From: Chiloscyllium plagiosum | Taxonomy: Eukaryota | DNA length: 64,000 bases | Direction: 5' to 3' | Assembly: GCF_004010195.1 (NCBI RefSeq) | Contig: NC_057750.1 | Location: 16,198,550-16,262,549 of the forward strand | Shown: one piece after another, positions 37,551-50,160 of the stretch | Layout of the letters: each line of letters opens with the position of its first letter | Position numbering within the stretch: the stretch's first letter is position 1 | Translations under genes and position numbers: made by a program | The notes under the pieces: generated by a model | The model's input: the letters and a program-made list of their open reading frames with translations, nothing else | Told to the model about the DNA's origin: nothing | Database searches by the model: none

Positions 37551-40365
37551 ACTGAAGATAGTGATTCTTTGGAATTCTTTATCCCAGAAGGTTGTGAAGG
37601 TTCAGTCATTGAATATATTCAAGAAAGATCTGCAAATTAGAAGCATTAAAAGATGTCCAGGGATATGGAAATAATGTGTGAAAATGGTGAAGAAGTTGAG
37701 AGTCAGCCATGATCAAACTGAATAGCAGAGCAAACCTGAGCCAAACGGCTTACTCCTTCTATTTCTTATGTTCCCATGCTCTCTTATTTCTTTGTGCCCT
37801 ATGCATCCATCTCCTACCTTTTGAGGCTTTTTTAAGAAAACGTTAATGCTCATTTTGGAATATAAAGGATTTCCACTTTGTCCCACTACTTTGAAGCAGT
37901 TGGCACCAGCTTCTTTTTGACGAAGGAAAAACCGAGTTATAGTCCGAACTGAAACATTGCCAATATAAAGGAAACTTGAACAGCCTTTGTAGATTTTACT
38001 ATTCTGTAATTTAGCAAATCATGATGGATGCTTCGCTTCAATATTGTGGTTAACATTGTGGAGTGGAATTGTTTTCTTTATAGGTGCTAAACAACAGGGA
38101 AGAGTTCTTCCCTGGAATATTTCTAATGTGTATGCCAAAAGTATATTTTGGCATTGAGTTTACGAAGGAACAAAATTGCAACAGACTTCATTATTTAAAG
38201 GAAAACATTGAAATATGTCATAAATACTCCTACTCCTTCTCTGCTGCTACCTGTAGCTATTCCTGCTAGAAGATTTGCTGTCATAGTATGCCACAAACAT
38301 CTGTCTTGCACTGTGCTCACACATTAACTGTAGTTTTTCTGCAATCACTTTGTGACATCCACTACTTAATTCTACCTGGATCCATCCATCTTTCTGCTAA
38401 CCTTCACTTTGTCCCCAAGAAGAGGTCCCTGGACATTTTCAGTTATGGTCAAGTTGATTGAAGTACTACCTTTTTTTTCTGTCACCTTTTGGGGTTGTTT
38501 TTGCTCTTTGTATTATAAATACGTCTACATTTGTCTTATGGTTTGAACATGAAATTTCTAGCAAACGTTCCCCACCATGTGCTGAAGATCAAAAAGAATC
38601 CTAAGATACTTGTTGGGTTTGAATTTTTCTTTCTTACCTGCTTGATGGTGATATTTCTGTTTTTATGCTGCTCTCCTCAGTTAATGGTGACGATCATGTG
38701 TTTTGTGGATTTATTTCTGAGGCAGTTGGCGCTATTCGTAATTTCACATTTATTGTCTATTCATTGTAAACCTGAGATAGTGATTGACTGATATTGCAGC
38801 AGCCAACCATGCAGTGACATGATCATTGCCCACTGAAATAGGCCGAGTCATCCATGCATTGCATGGAACTTGACTCGTGTATGTCAAACCAAGTGGAAAT
38901 GTTGGGTTCCCTGCCTTAAAAGATTTTGAAGCAGCTGGGTATAAGAGGACTACTTGACAGCTTTCATGGTTCCTGTTTTCTGGTACTAATAAATAGTTCA
39001 TTTGATCAGCATTCAGATCAATCTTCACAGTTGTACTCACAATATCACAATTTATATCTATATATTGCATTTAAAAGGTGAATCCTGCAACCACGAACAT
39101 GAATCGGATGAAACTAGAATTACTCTTAATACTGTGGAACCTGGCCTCAAACTGTTTATTCGTAATTTTAAATTGAGGTTCTGAGAGCAACATTTTTTTT
39201 CCTGGGAAAAACAGAATTCTCAAACATTTTCCCACTAATACAGGTCTTTTGAAGGGCCGGGATAATAGTGCGCTGTGGGAAAAGAGTCTGTCAAACAAAA
39301 TTACCAAGTTGCTCTGAAGTACATTCGCAGATTGTTGTTACATTGTTCAAAAGCATGGCATTATTGCACCTTGAGGCCAGGCGTTGCAATGTCTTGACAT
39401 TTTACAACTCATAAGTATCGTTAACAGTCAGACGAGATGTGATGCATACTGAGAAAAGTGTGGCTCATGGCACACTCCTTGCACTATGATAAACTGCTTT
39501 TTCCCTTTTGAGTTTGAAGTAATTAGCAGCAGTTTGTGAGTTGCTGCTCAGCAGACATGGGAAGCACTTTGATTCCATCTCTTATCTCATAGTTCACATG
39601 GACTCTGAGCACACTGCCCATAGGTTCACTGCTGACAGTCTTAAATAAATATATGGCTGAACTTCAGTAGTTCTTTCACCTTAAATTTGCCTCTTGTCAA
39701 ATCCCATTTCATAAATAGGTTTTGGTGAGTTTTCTGTGCCTCAAACCTACAAAGAGCTGATTGTTACCTGCCTATCATAACCTGATACTGCACCACAGCA
39801 GGGCATTTGGCCCATTATGTCTTCAGGAGCCCTTTGTGAGAACTACCAATTAGTCCCTGCTCTCCTGCTGGTTTCCCCCCACTTATGCAGATTTTGGGCT
39901 TTTGTGGAAACTGCAAACTTTTCATTAATCAGCACCAGTGAGACGAGGAATGTGCTAGTCAATCAAATATTCCAGTAGATCAAGCGGTTCAAGCAATCAA
40001 TATAAAAACTCACTAAGTAATAGAAATGTAATGCAGAGGAGATAAGCATCACTGTTATACTTGACTTATAGCATAGATCACTTAAATAATAATGAAACTT
40101 TGCCTTAAATAAAGCTTGCTGTCAGAGAGCCTTCTCATTCGTGCCCTCAACTGTGATAATGCAGTAAATTTCTGATGTTTCAAGAATATAATTTTTGCTG
40201 GTTTATCGAGGGTGCCAGTTTAAACTAAGTTTGTTACATCTCCAATTCTCAATTAAAAGTTACTTTTGAATTATCATCATCTCCTTTGGGAAGTTTATTG
40301 ATTTAGTGCATACACAGTTTGAGTCAAGCAGTAGCCTTGTCAGTGCTGACATTGGGTTCTTTTAA

Positions 40366-40528
40366 GATTAGAGTGGTGCTGGAAATGCACAGCAGATCAG
40401 GCAGCATCCAAGGAGCAGGAAAATTGACGTTTCGGGCAGGAGCTCTTCATCCTGATGACCTGCTGTACGTTTCTAGCACTACTGTAATCTTGACTCATCT
40501 CCAGCATCTGCAGTCCTCACTTTCGCCT
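40366..40528. mobile_element. Penelope-derived terminal-repeat remnant with internal inversion
   Basis: Same family and architecture as 271-418; - strand GATGAAGAGCTCCTGCCCGAAACGTC hammerhead remnant at the inversion centre. Confidence 0.72.
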
Positions 40529-40899
40529 ATGGGGTTCTTTAAACCCATCTTCCAGTGTAGTCAACAGACTCTCCTTAGTAATGAGTTATTATTTGGATTG
40601 CATCATAGTTGAAGGCTGGATGATCTTGGTGAATCCACTGCTGTTGGGTGGCTAGACAAAAGGCTTTGATCAGTCCAGAAATAATTTGAGTCCACTGTGG
40701 CTGTTGAAGGCTTAAAGCCAGGTGAACAAGTGGTAGTGAATGATATCTGGAAGATTTTTTTTCTATGGCTCTCCTTCTGCCATGGGTCTTCAGCTGTCAC
40801 TCCCTGACATGTTGGGTTTAACCACATAGGTGGAGAGAGGAAACTGTACTCGACGTTTGTTGAATAAGTCACTGAATAAGGACAGGCTTTGGTAGAGGT

Positions 40900-41620
40900 A
40901 GATCTTTCTCCTCTAGCTTACCTGTAACTCTTACCAACCTGATGGGGGTTTGGGGATGTTGTCACTGTCGCTTAGGCTGAGTGCCAGGGCGGTGATTTGG
41001 TTGAAGAGGTACTCCTTTGTGTTGGGTTGTGAATTGCTGTCTTTGAGCAGATTGCTGGGACACTGAGATGCAGTATACTGTTTTGACTACATTTTGCCAA
41101 GAGCAGAGGTCCTTGGGCTCTTGACCTGTGATCCACATGAGGTACTGGCCAGTTTACTGAGGATCTTGTTGTGAGTTCTAATTTTTTTAAAAACTATCTT
41201 AAAGTGCTGCTGTAAGTGAAATTCACTAAAATGTGATGCCTAGCTTAAACTGGCTGGAATCTTGTTTCAGTCTCTGGCCATCTAGAATGATTGGTTTCCT
41301 TTTGTCACTGCTATTGTGAAGGTAGGAAGAGCAGGAAACTGTTTCATTGGTGCTCTGATTTGGGCACCATTTCTTGCAGTACTTGGCCAGCTTTGTCTCA
41401 TTATTATTTAATATATCCTTTAACTCTAGAGTCTACGTCTATATGCCACAGCAAATGTCACCCGCATCGATACACTTCTGAGACTGGATTGAGGGTAGAT
41501 CATTTTTGTACATGTTGAACAGAGTTACGGCTAAAGCAAGACCTCTGGCTAGGCCTTTCATCTGTTTTGTTTTACTAGACAGTAGACTTTTAACCCATGT
41601 GAACCCTGAATCATCTGTCC
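40900..41620 (-). mobile_element. Highly degenerate non-LTR RT fragment of a third family
   Basis: KGLARGLALAVTLFNMYKNDLPSIQSQKCIDAGDICC resembles decayed GLPQGSVLAPTLFNIYxNDLP...YADDI; boundaries uncertain. Confidence 0.55.
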
Positions 41621-42797
41621 TCAAGTCAAAGTTCAGTGGCATCAATAACCCAAGGAGGGAGAAGTCCTGGTATTTTGTCGAGTGGACCAATGCACCATAC
41701 TGAGTTAAAGGACAATTTGGCTGTTTTTGGATCTCTTTAAAATAAGTGGTTAATGTGAAGATCTGGAATTGATTTACAAACATTGCTGAAAATTTTCTTA
41801 GGAAGGGTATTTATAATTTGTCGGGAAAGGTGTTTATAATTTGTCAATGGGTACTGCTCCCAGTGTTAGATTTTCTATTCTGGTTATATGCATTCTCCTG
41901 GAGTGAGACAGTTGCACGTCTCTACCAAGCCAAGTTGAAATTGGCTTTCTCACCATATGGCAGGAATCATAAACAAAAATGGAGGTTACCATTTCTGTTG
42001 TTAGCTAAATTCACTTCCTTTAACCAATGCAAGTATTCTGCATCATACATATAGTACTCATTTACTAGGATACTTCAGACATCTCAGATTGTTAGCTTAT
42101 TCTCAGATAGTGATAACTTGTTCTGCTTGATCATTTCTAGTTTTTTTTTCCAAATTTACAAATACTGGCTGTCAAACATATCTTCCAATTTAACAAATTA
42201 AAAAATTATGTTTCTAGTATTTGCTGTCAATTACATGCCTGATGTGGCCATTCCATTGCAAGAATTGGTCCCAGCCCTATGAAAGAAAATTGTCATTTAA
42301 GGCTCTTTTAGGTCTTTCCTCAACAGATTTGTGATTTATTAATGCATTGACTGGCAATTGTGCAGCATTCCAGATGTCGGCTTTAATGTTGGATGTTTAC
42401 CCCCAGTCCCCTAGAGTCTTTGTGTTGATTTTTCTGTCATGCAACATCACTGAACCTATAAAGGATTAGCTTCGGGCAGTCCTTGCAGTCACTACACTCC
42501 CCACTGCTTGAGTGAATGTGCCTCTGGCACTGAGCTTTCCGTACAGCAGCAGTTATGTAACCAAAACACGGCTTGAATTTGATGCCATGCTGATGTCCCA
42601 CTGTGGTCTTAATTTTCCAGGGTTTCCTTCCTACCATCACATTTGGTACAGCAAAGCACTGATCAACTTTCACTGTCACCTCTGATTTAATCTCAGCATT
42701 TGAAATTTGTTAGTCCTGGTAACAAAGGCCATGGCAATCTTTGAAGATTTTTTCAAGGTGGTTGCAATTCACTCTTCAAACTCACTAATCTCTGAAG

Positions 42798-42983
42798 TAG
42801 ATTAGATTAGATTAGATTAGATTATTCACCTGACCTGCACATCTTTGGACTGTGGGAGGAAACCGGAGCACCCGGAGGAAACCCACGCAGACACTGGGAG
42901 AATGTGCAAACTCCACACAGTCTGAGGCGGGTATTGAACCCGGGTCTCTGGCACTGTGAGGCAGCAGTGCTAACCACTGTGCT
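42798..42983 (-). mobile_element. Internally deleted HE1-type SINE
   Basis: (TAGAT)n tail joined directly to V-domain and tRNA head. Confidence 0.85.
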
Positions 42984-44849
42984 GTTTCACACTCAGGATG
43001 CTCAAAACAGTTCAAGGGTTAGTGAATGCGGGTTTGAAACATCAAACCCATCTGTAAAGTCAAGACTGATACAAAACATTCCAAAGCTAATATGATATTG
43101 TGGTATCTTTGAGTTGTAAGACTTATCTTAAAGTTGAAACTGATTCATTCAGGAGTGACACCGAAAAGTCGAGACACTTCTCACCAAAGAATCCCCCTCT
43201 TTTCCACCCTTACCCCTATCTCCTCCTCACACCCCCCCCCCCCCAAAATGCCTGGTGTTCAGTTGGAACTTTCAAGATCTGAGCTTTTTGGTGTTTAAGG
43301 ATACCAGGCATACCATATAAAGGTGAGACGATCATGTTGAAGTGCCGATCCGCTGTGATCTGACTGAATGGTGCAGCAAATCAGAGGGCAACCTGCTTAT
43401 GAACCTACGGAAGGTCATCTCTTAAGCATTATCCCTAAACCAACTTAGATGCTTGACGTGATTTAATGTCACAGTTTATTTCAATGTCAGTATCAAATGT
43501 CAGTATTTCCAGCTCCTGAACCACCTCAGGCGGAAGGCATTTGCATTTCTAAAAAGCATCTCTCAAACATCTATGTACTGTAAGTATTTAAAGAGGAGAT
43601 AGGTGATTTTTTGAAATATCAAGGAGTTGAGTGGTATGATGAGTTGATAGGAAACAGGAGTTCAAACCTGGGAAAAATCCGTTATGATGTTGTAGAGTGG
43701 TGCGGCATGCTTGAAGAGCTGAATGCTCCAATTCCTTAAGTCTACAGCAGGTTTGATGTTTTACCACAGTATAAAAGAAGCTTCATTAATATAAGATGTT
43801 TTTCCATCAAGTGGTTTTTGGAGCAATTGCTCCAAACTCCATGCAGCTTTCCGACATTAATATTGACTGTCCTGTTAAAAGCTGACACAGCAGCTGTGAA
43901 CTCACTTCTTGTCTAGGCATTTTTAGGAGTGGGAAAAGCATTGTTTTATCTTGAAATTGTCAATGTAAATTGATATAATTAGCCTGGAACTTGAAACCAG
44001 GCTGCTCATCTGCATCAGTTCATTCATTCTTACAGTGCTGTGGTACCACAATGCAACAAAAGACCTTGCAGAATTAGTGCTCAGTGTTTGTTGAGGAGCT
44101 CATTGTTAGTGTAATGATTGGTAGATTGTAAGAAAGTGCATCTTGGGGGTTATCCACTAAATCGTCATCTGTCTGTTTACTCCAAGGAGAGCTGTTGACT
44201 CAAGCAATCCACATTGACAATCAGCAGCATTTGCACTGAACCTGAAGCCTATGCCATTTCAATAGTTACTGGTAAACTGATTAAAAAGTTTGTTTATGGT
44301 GACACAGTCCAAAAACACACAAATTGAAGATTGTCCATATTCCCAGCTTGTACTCCAATGTGTCATGCTCAAGGAATAACTCAATAAAGAAGTACTGCTT
44401 TCACAGTCAACTGAAAGTTGTTGGTTTGAAAATTGGAGGTTCTCACTGGTTCACCTGTGGCTAGTGTTTCACATATGCCTGAGGTGACAGTGCTAACACC
44501 TAATTCACAGTGCTACTTTATACTCAGCACATGCCAGCACACTTCATTAGGTGAGTCCGTGAGCCTTGGCACTAACTAAGCTATTGAAATTGTGCTATTA
44601 CGCAGTTAACAAAGTCCTTTGATATACAGTCACTTTGAAATAGTGACCAGTCATCAAAGGAAAAGCTTTGATTCTTACTGACATTGCAACAGTTTCTCAA
44701 GAGTACTTTCTTTGTAAAAAGATACATTGTTTCTGTGGGAGCATGGAATTTAGCATCACTTCAGGCTGCTGTAGTGATAGATACACTCGTGATAGATTTA
44801 CTCGTCTTGTGTAATGCCGTAACTCCTACACTGGTAGGAGTAGTAACAT

Positions 44850-45395
44850 TACCTTTACAGTGGGACAGAGAATAAATTGGTGACAGTGAGTGCATGTAAC
44901 AAAGGCTGTATGTTCATTATGGATGACTTTAATCTCCATGTAGATTGGGACGGCCAGATTGGCAGAAGTGGCTATGAGAAACAATTCATAGTACGTATTC
45001 AGGATAGTTTCTGAGAACAGTGTTATCGATCCAACTCTGGGTAAGGCAATTTTTGAACTAATAATGTATAATGAGCAGGTTTAGTAAAAGATCCCCGAGG
45101 AAACAGTGACCATAACATGGTTGAATTTAGTATTCAGTTTGACAAGAAGGAACCTAAGTTTAGTACAGCGGTTTTCTACTTAAGTAAATTACAAAAGACA
45201 TGAGGGCGAAGCCAACTAGAGCAGATTGGGAAATGAGTCAAGAGAATAGACCGTTGAAGGACAATTGAAAACTTTTAAGAAAATACTTGTTGGTTTACAG
45301 CAAAGAAGGATTCGAAGAAGGGGATATGGCCAAGGTTAGTGGTGAGCCAGAGGACTTAGAAACTTGTAAAAACCAACAAAAGACTACCATAAAAA
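44850..45395 (+). mobile_element. Old CR1 endonuclease-region fragment
   Basis: atggatgactttaatctccatgtagattgg (MDDFNLHVDW), agtgaccataacatggttgaattt (SDHNMVEF). Confidence 0.7.
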
Positions 45396-45399
45396 TAAC

Positions 45400-45788
45400 T
45401 CTTCATTTTGAGAAACTTCCGTCCACTACTATTGTCTCCTGCTGCCCAGCCAGTTCTTTATCTATCCAGCAAGTACACCCTGGACCCCATGCGATTTCAC
45501 TTTTGCCATCAGCCAACCATGGGAACTTATGAAATGCCATGCTGAAATCCATGTATATAACATCTACATTCCTTCCCTCATCAATCAACTTTGTCACTTG
45601 CTCAAAGAATTCTATTACGTTGGTAAGGCATGACCTTCCCTGCACAAAGCCATATTGCCTATCACTGATAAGTCCATTTTCTTCCAAATCGGAATAGATC
45701 CTATTCCCTCAGCATTTTCTCCAGCAGCTTCCCTGCCACTGACAGCAGGCGCACTGGTCTATAATTACCTGGAATATCCGCGCTTCTT
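45400..45788 (-). mobile_element. Inverted 5' segment of a CR1 RT
   Basis: IPGNYRPV..GKLLEKML; GLISDRQYGFVQGRSCLTNVIEFF..YMDFSMAF..IVVDGSFSK. Confidence 0.88.
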
Positions 45789-46655
45789 TGGCTCGCTCGC
45801 TCTGGCTCGCTTGCTCTCGCGCTCTCGCTCTCTCTGGCGTGCTCTCGCTCTCTCTGGCGTGCTCTCGCTCTCTCTGGCGTGCTCGCGCTCTCTCTGGCGT
45901 GCTCGCGCTCTCTCTGGCGCGCTCGCGCTCTCTCTGGCGCGCTCGCGCTCGCTCTGGCGCGCTCGCGCTCTCTCTCGGTCTCGCTCTCTCTCGGTCTCGC
46001 TCTCTCGCTCTCTCTCGGTCTCGCTCTCTCGCTCTCTCTCGGTCTCGCTCTCTCGCTCTCTCTCGGTCTCGCTCTCTCGCTCTCTCTCGGTCTCGCTCTC
46101 TCGCTCTCTCTCGGTCTCGCTCTCTCGCTCTCTCTCGGTCTCGCTCTCTCGCTCTCTCTCGGTCTCGCTCTCTCGCTCTCTCTCGGTCTCGCTCTCTCGC
46201 TCTCTCTCGGTCTCGCTCTCTCGCTCTCTCTCGGTCTCGCTCTCTCGCTCTCTCTCGGTCTCGCTCTCTCGCTCTCTCTCGGTCTCGCTCTCTCGCTCTC
46301 TCTCGGTCTCGCTCTCTCGCTCTCTCTCGGTCTCGCTCTCTCGCTCTCTCTCGGTCTCGCTCTCTCGCTCTCTCTCGGTCTCGCTCTCTCGCTCTCTCTC
46401 GGTCTCGCTCTCTCGCTCTCTCTCGGTCTCGCTCTCTCGCTCTCTCTCGGTCTCGCTCTCTCGCTCTCTCTCGGTCTCGCTCTCTCGCTCTCTCTCGGTC
46501 TCGCTCTCTCGCTCTCTCTCGGTCTCGCTCTCTCGCTCTCTCTCGGTCTCGCTCTCTCGCTCTCTCTCGGTCTCGCTCTCTCGCTCTCTCTCGGTCTCGC
46601 TCTCTCGCTCTCTCTCGGTCTCGCTCTCTCGCTCTCTCTCGGTCTCGCTCTCTCG
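45789..46655. repeat. CpG-rich compound minisatellite (20-bp units then 27 perfect 24-bp units)
   Basis: gctctcgctctctctggcgt-type 20-mers to about 45975; (tcgctctctcgctctctctcggtc)27 at 45997-46644 plus a partial unit. Confidence 0.97.
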
Positions 46656-47605
46656 GGATCATTGCTGTTTGTCATTTTTATAAATGACCTGGAGGATGGG
46701 TTAGAAGGTTGGGTGAGCAAGTTTGCAGATAATACGAAAGTCAGAGAAGTTGTAGACAGTGAGGAAAGAGATGGCAGGTTACAGCGGGATATATATAAGC
46801 TGCAGAACTGGGCAGAACGGTGGCAAATGGAGTTCAATGTAGGTAAGTATGAGTTGATTCACTTTGGTAAGAGTAACAAAAAGATGGGGTACTGGGCTAA
46901 TGGTCGGATACTTGGTAGTGTTGATGAGCAGAGGGGTCTTGGTGTCCATGTACACAGATCTTTGAAAGTTGCCACCCAGGTAAATAGTGCGGTGAGGAAG
47001 GCATATGGCGTACTGGCTTTTATTGGTAGAGGAATTGAGTTCTGGAGTACTGAGGTCATGTTGCAGTTGTATAAGACTCTGGTGCGGCCGCATCTGGAGT
47101 ATTGTGTGCAGTTTTGGTCGCCATATTATAGGAAGGATGTGGAGGCACTGGAACGGGTGCAGAGGAGGTTTACCAGGATGTTGCCTGGTATGGTAGAAAG
47201 ATCGTATGAGGAAAGGTTGAGGCACTTGGGGCTGTTTTCATTGGGGAAAAGAAGGTTTAGGGGTGACTTGGTAGAGGTGTACAAGATGATTAGGGGTTTA
47301 GATAGGGTTGACCGTGAGAACCTTTTTCCACGTATGGAGTCAGCTATTACGAGGGGGCATAGCTTTAAATTAAGGGGTGGTAGGTATAGGACAGATGTTA
47401 GGGGTAGATTCTTTACTCAGCAAGTCATGAGTTCATGGAATGCCCTGCCAGTAGCAGTGGTGGACTCTCCTTTTTTATGGGCATTTAAACGGGCATTGGA
47501 TAGGCATATGGAGGATATTGGGCTAGTGTAGGTTAGGTGGGCTTGGATCGGCACAACATCGAGGGCCAAAGGGCCTGTACTGCGCTGTATTCTTCTATGT
47601 TCTAT
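46656..47605 (+). mobile_element. Young CR1 3' segment (RT C-terminal half, 3'UTR, tail)
   Basis: Stop-free LLFVIFINDL..SKFADNTK..LYKTLVRPHLEYCVQFWSP..WNALP; ttctatgttctat tail. Confidence 0.93.
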
Positions 47606-48324
47606 ACAAGATTCTTAGCTGATTTGACAGCATAGATATGGAAAGGTTGTTCCCCCTTGTGGGAGAGCCTAGGATGAGAGGATATATTATCAGAATAATG
47701 AGTTGCACATTTTAAGATAAATGAGGAATTCTTTCTAGGGAAAGTGAATCTGTGGAATTCTTTACAACAGAGGGCTAATTTTGCTCATGGGTCTTTTGGT
47801 CTGGTCTTTAACCTAAATTTCTTTCCCGAATGCACTGAATTCCACAGGACAAAGTGTCCAGAGAAACTGAACTCTCACTGGGCTGTGTTCCACAAGCACA
47901 TGTTTTCTATCAATGTTGATTCTTTGCCCAAAAGAGGGTGAATGCAAATTGATGTATTCCAAGGTGTCTACCAATACTACTTGCTCAAAGATTTAATTAC
48001 TTTTGTTTTTCACCTCCCCTTAGCAACAGGATTGAGGTTGAAGCTGCAGGATATCAGGAAATTGCTAGCTCCAATGTGCATCAACACCCTACCTGAAATA
48101 GGTTGATTTGGTTCATTTCATCTGAGGGTTTGCCCACTAAGCATGAGCACTATGCTGATGGTAAACTGTGTCGGCACAGAGCTAATATTGTTATATGTTC
48201 TTCTGATTTTTTTTTAAGTAGGATTCAAAATTTGTCTCCATAAGACTGAAGTAAAACTTGATAGATTCTCATCACCTCATCAAGCAAGCAGATGAGAACA
48301 GCAAGAAGGTTATTCAGAAGAAAT

Positions 48325-48714
48325 CTTACATTTAAGTAGCACCCTTCACATCTTTTGGATATTCCAATGAATATTTAAAGCCCCTTGGGTACATTTAAAA
48401 TGTTCTGTGCAAACTGCAAGTTCCCAAAATGGCAATGAGATAAATAACAGGATAATCTGTTTTACATTTTGGATGAGATACCAGCCAGAACAAACCTATC
48501 CTCCTTCAGTTAGTTCCATGGGATTTTTCTCAACCTTCTAAGGAAACGGGTGGGCTTTTGTTTAACATCTCATTCAAAAACTGATATCTCCCAATAGTGC
48601 AGCACACTCTAGCAATGCTCAGGAGTCTCACACTTACTATCCTAAATATGTCTTGAGTGGCACTTGAATTTAGGTACATCTAATCTGAGGTGAGTGCTAC
48701 AACTGAGTCACAAG
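48325..48714 (-). mobile_element. Old Deu-domain SINE (SacSINE1/AmnSINE-like)
   Basis: ccatgggattttt...gtttaacatctcattcaaaaac...agtgcagcac...gtgctacaactgagtc resembles, from memory, the reverse-complemented Deu-SINE consensus. Confidence 0.6.
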
Positions 48715-49533
48715 ATAACATTGAATGGGTATTGAAATCTTTGTGGTACTTCAGAAGTCCAGTATTTATTTTGATCACACTATGTATGGGTGGGGCTAGT
48801 TATCCTTTTTGGATCTGTCATCTATCTTTTCTGTTTATGGGAAAATTGATTTTCTTTAACTTGCTGGTACAGACACTTTGGGCTGGTTGACCTCCTTTGT
48901 GTGCTTAACTTTCTTATGGCTTTCTTTTTAATGTACATGGGCATAATGTGAATCACTTGTATTACATTGAGGACAGCCAGCACCTATTGCATTTAGGAAA
49001 TGAAAAACCGATTGGAAAGGAGAAATGGAAGATCCTTGGTAGCTCTTCAAATAAGAACATGGAAGTTGTTCTGGTGAACTGTTTATCTCTCTGTCAACAA
49101 GGCTATTAACTGGTCACTTATCTAGTTGCTGTATGTCTACAAAATATAGGCATACAAGTGGGAGCAGGGGTTAGCTATTTATTTGCCTTCTCGAATCTGT
49201 ACTAGTATTACAATCAGGTCACCCATTACCTTATTTAATCTCAATTCCATATTCCTATCTACCCTGTTCCTTAGCAAAAATCTTAACGATATTCAAAGAC
49301 TATAACTCCACAACTTTTTGAGAAAGCAAATTCCAAGGACATGACCCTTGGAGAAGAAAATCTTATTTCTGTCTTAAATGAGTGACCCCTCTTTTATTTG
49401 TAAAACTGAACCCGAGATCTAGATTCTTCAAAAAGAGGAAGTACCCTGTCCATGCCTTCTCAGGATAAATTTGCATCTATCTTAACTGCAGCCTGTTCCA
49501 TCCCCTCTTCTTAAATCTGTCTATTTCCAAGTA

Positions 49534-49724
49534 CAGGTAGTCCCCAACTTACAAACTTTCACCTTAAAAGTTAGGTCCTTTATTGGGGCATGTTAATATT
49601 AATATTCAATATCTGACATGTTTACATTCGCTCATACTTACAGCTATTTTATATTGTATTATGTTCCAACTAGTGTACAAATCAACTTATTAATGGAACC
49701 CATTTGTAAACCGGGGTCTGCTTG
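49534..49724. mobile_element. Tigger-like MITE
   Basis: TA|CAGGTAGTCCCCAACTTACAAA ... TTTGTAAACCGGGGTCTGCTTG|TA imperfect TIRs. Confidence 0.7.
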
Positions 49725-49935
49725 TAAATCTTAGTCCAGTAAACCTTTTTCTGAACTGATTCTCTCACATTTTCATGCTCTGTTAAGTGAGCTACTGTGT
49801 TTGCTTATATAACAATGATCAAAGTTTGTAATTAATTTATTAATAAAAACTCCCTTTTAGATGTCACATGGGCATGAAGGGAATTGCAAATATGTGTTCT
49901 TTCTCACGAAATAAATGAGAACGACAAAGAGACCT

Positions 49936-50160
49936 AAAACAGAAATTGCTGTTAAAAACTCAGCAGGTCTGGCAGTACCTTTGGAGAGAAAGCAGAGTTA
50001 ATGTTTCAGGTCCAGTGACCCATCTTCAGAACTGCTGTCCACTTTTGAAGAAGGGTCACCTGGACTTGAAATGTTAACTCTGCTTTCTCTGAACAAATGC
50101 TGTCAGACCCACTGGGTTTTTCCAGCAATTTCTGTTTTTGTTTCTGATTTCAGCATCCGT
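49936..50160. mobile_element. Penelope-derived palindromic element with two back-to-back degenerate hammerhead motifs
   Basis: Inverted arms of about 100 bp; - strand AGTT-CTGAAGA-T-GGGTC-actg-GACCT-GAAA-C-ATT-AACT (49996-50033); + strand counterpart at 50041-50079. Confidence 0.75.

Noticed and set aside
38083..38270. Acceptor-like tttatag followed by an open frame; similar candidates near 11509 and 20979
   Set aside because: No convincing paired donor or recognisable peptide.
45997..46655. CRISPR-like array
   Set aside because: Head-to-tail identical units with no unique spacers, no cas genes, eukaryotic context.
45655..46837. Long ORFs with RS/RE/RD repeats resembling SR proteins, and a 550-aa repeat-RT fusion ORF
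   Set aside because: Artefact of a stop-free minisatellite open in all six frames next to CR1 sequence; no RRM, no splice structure.
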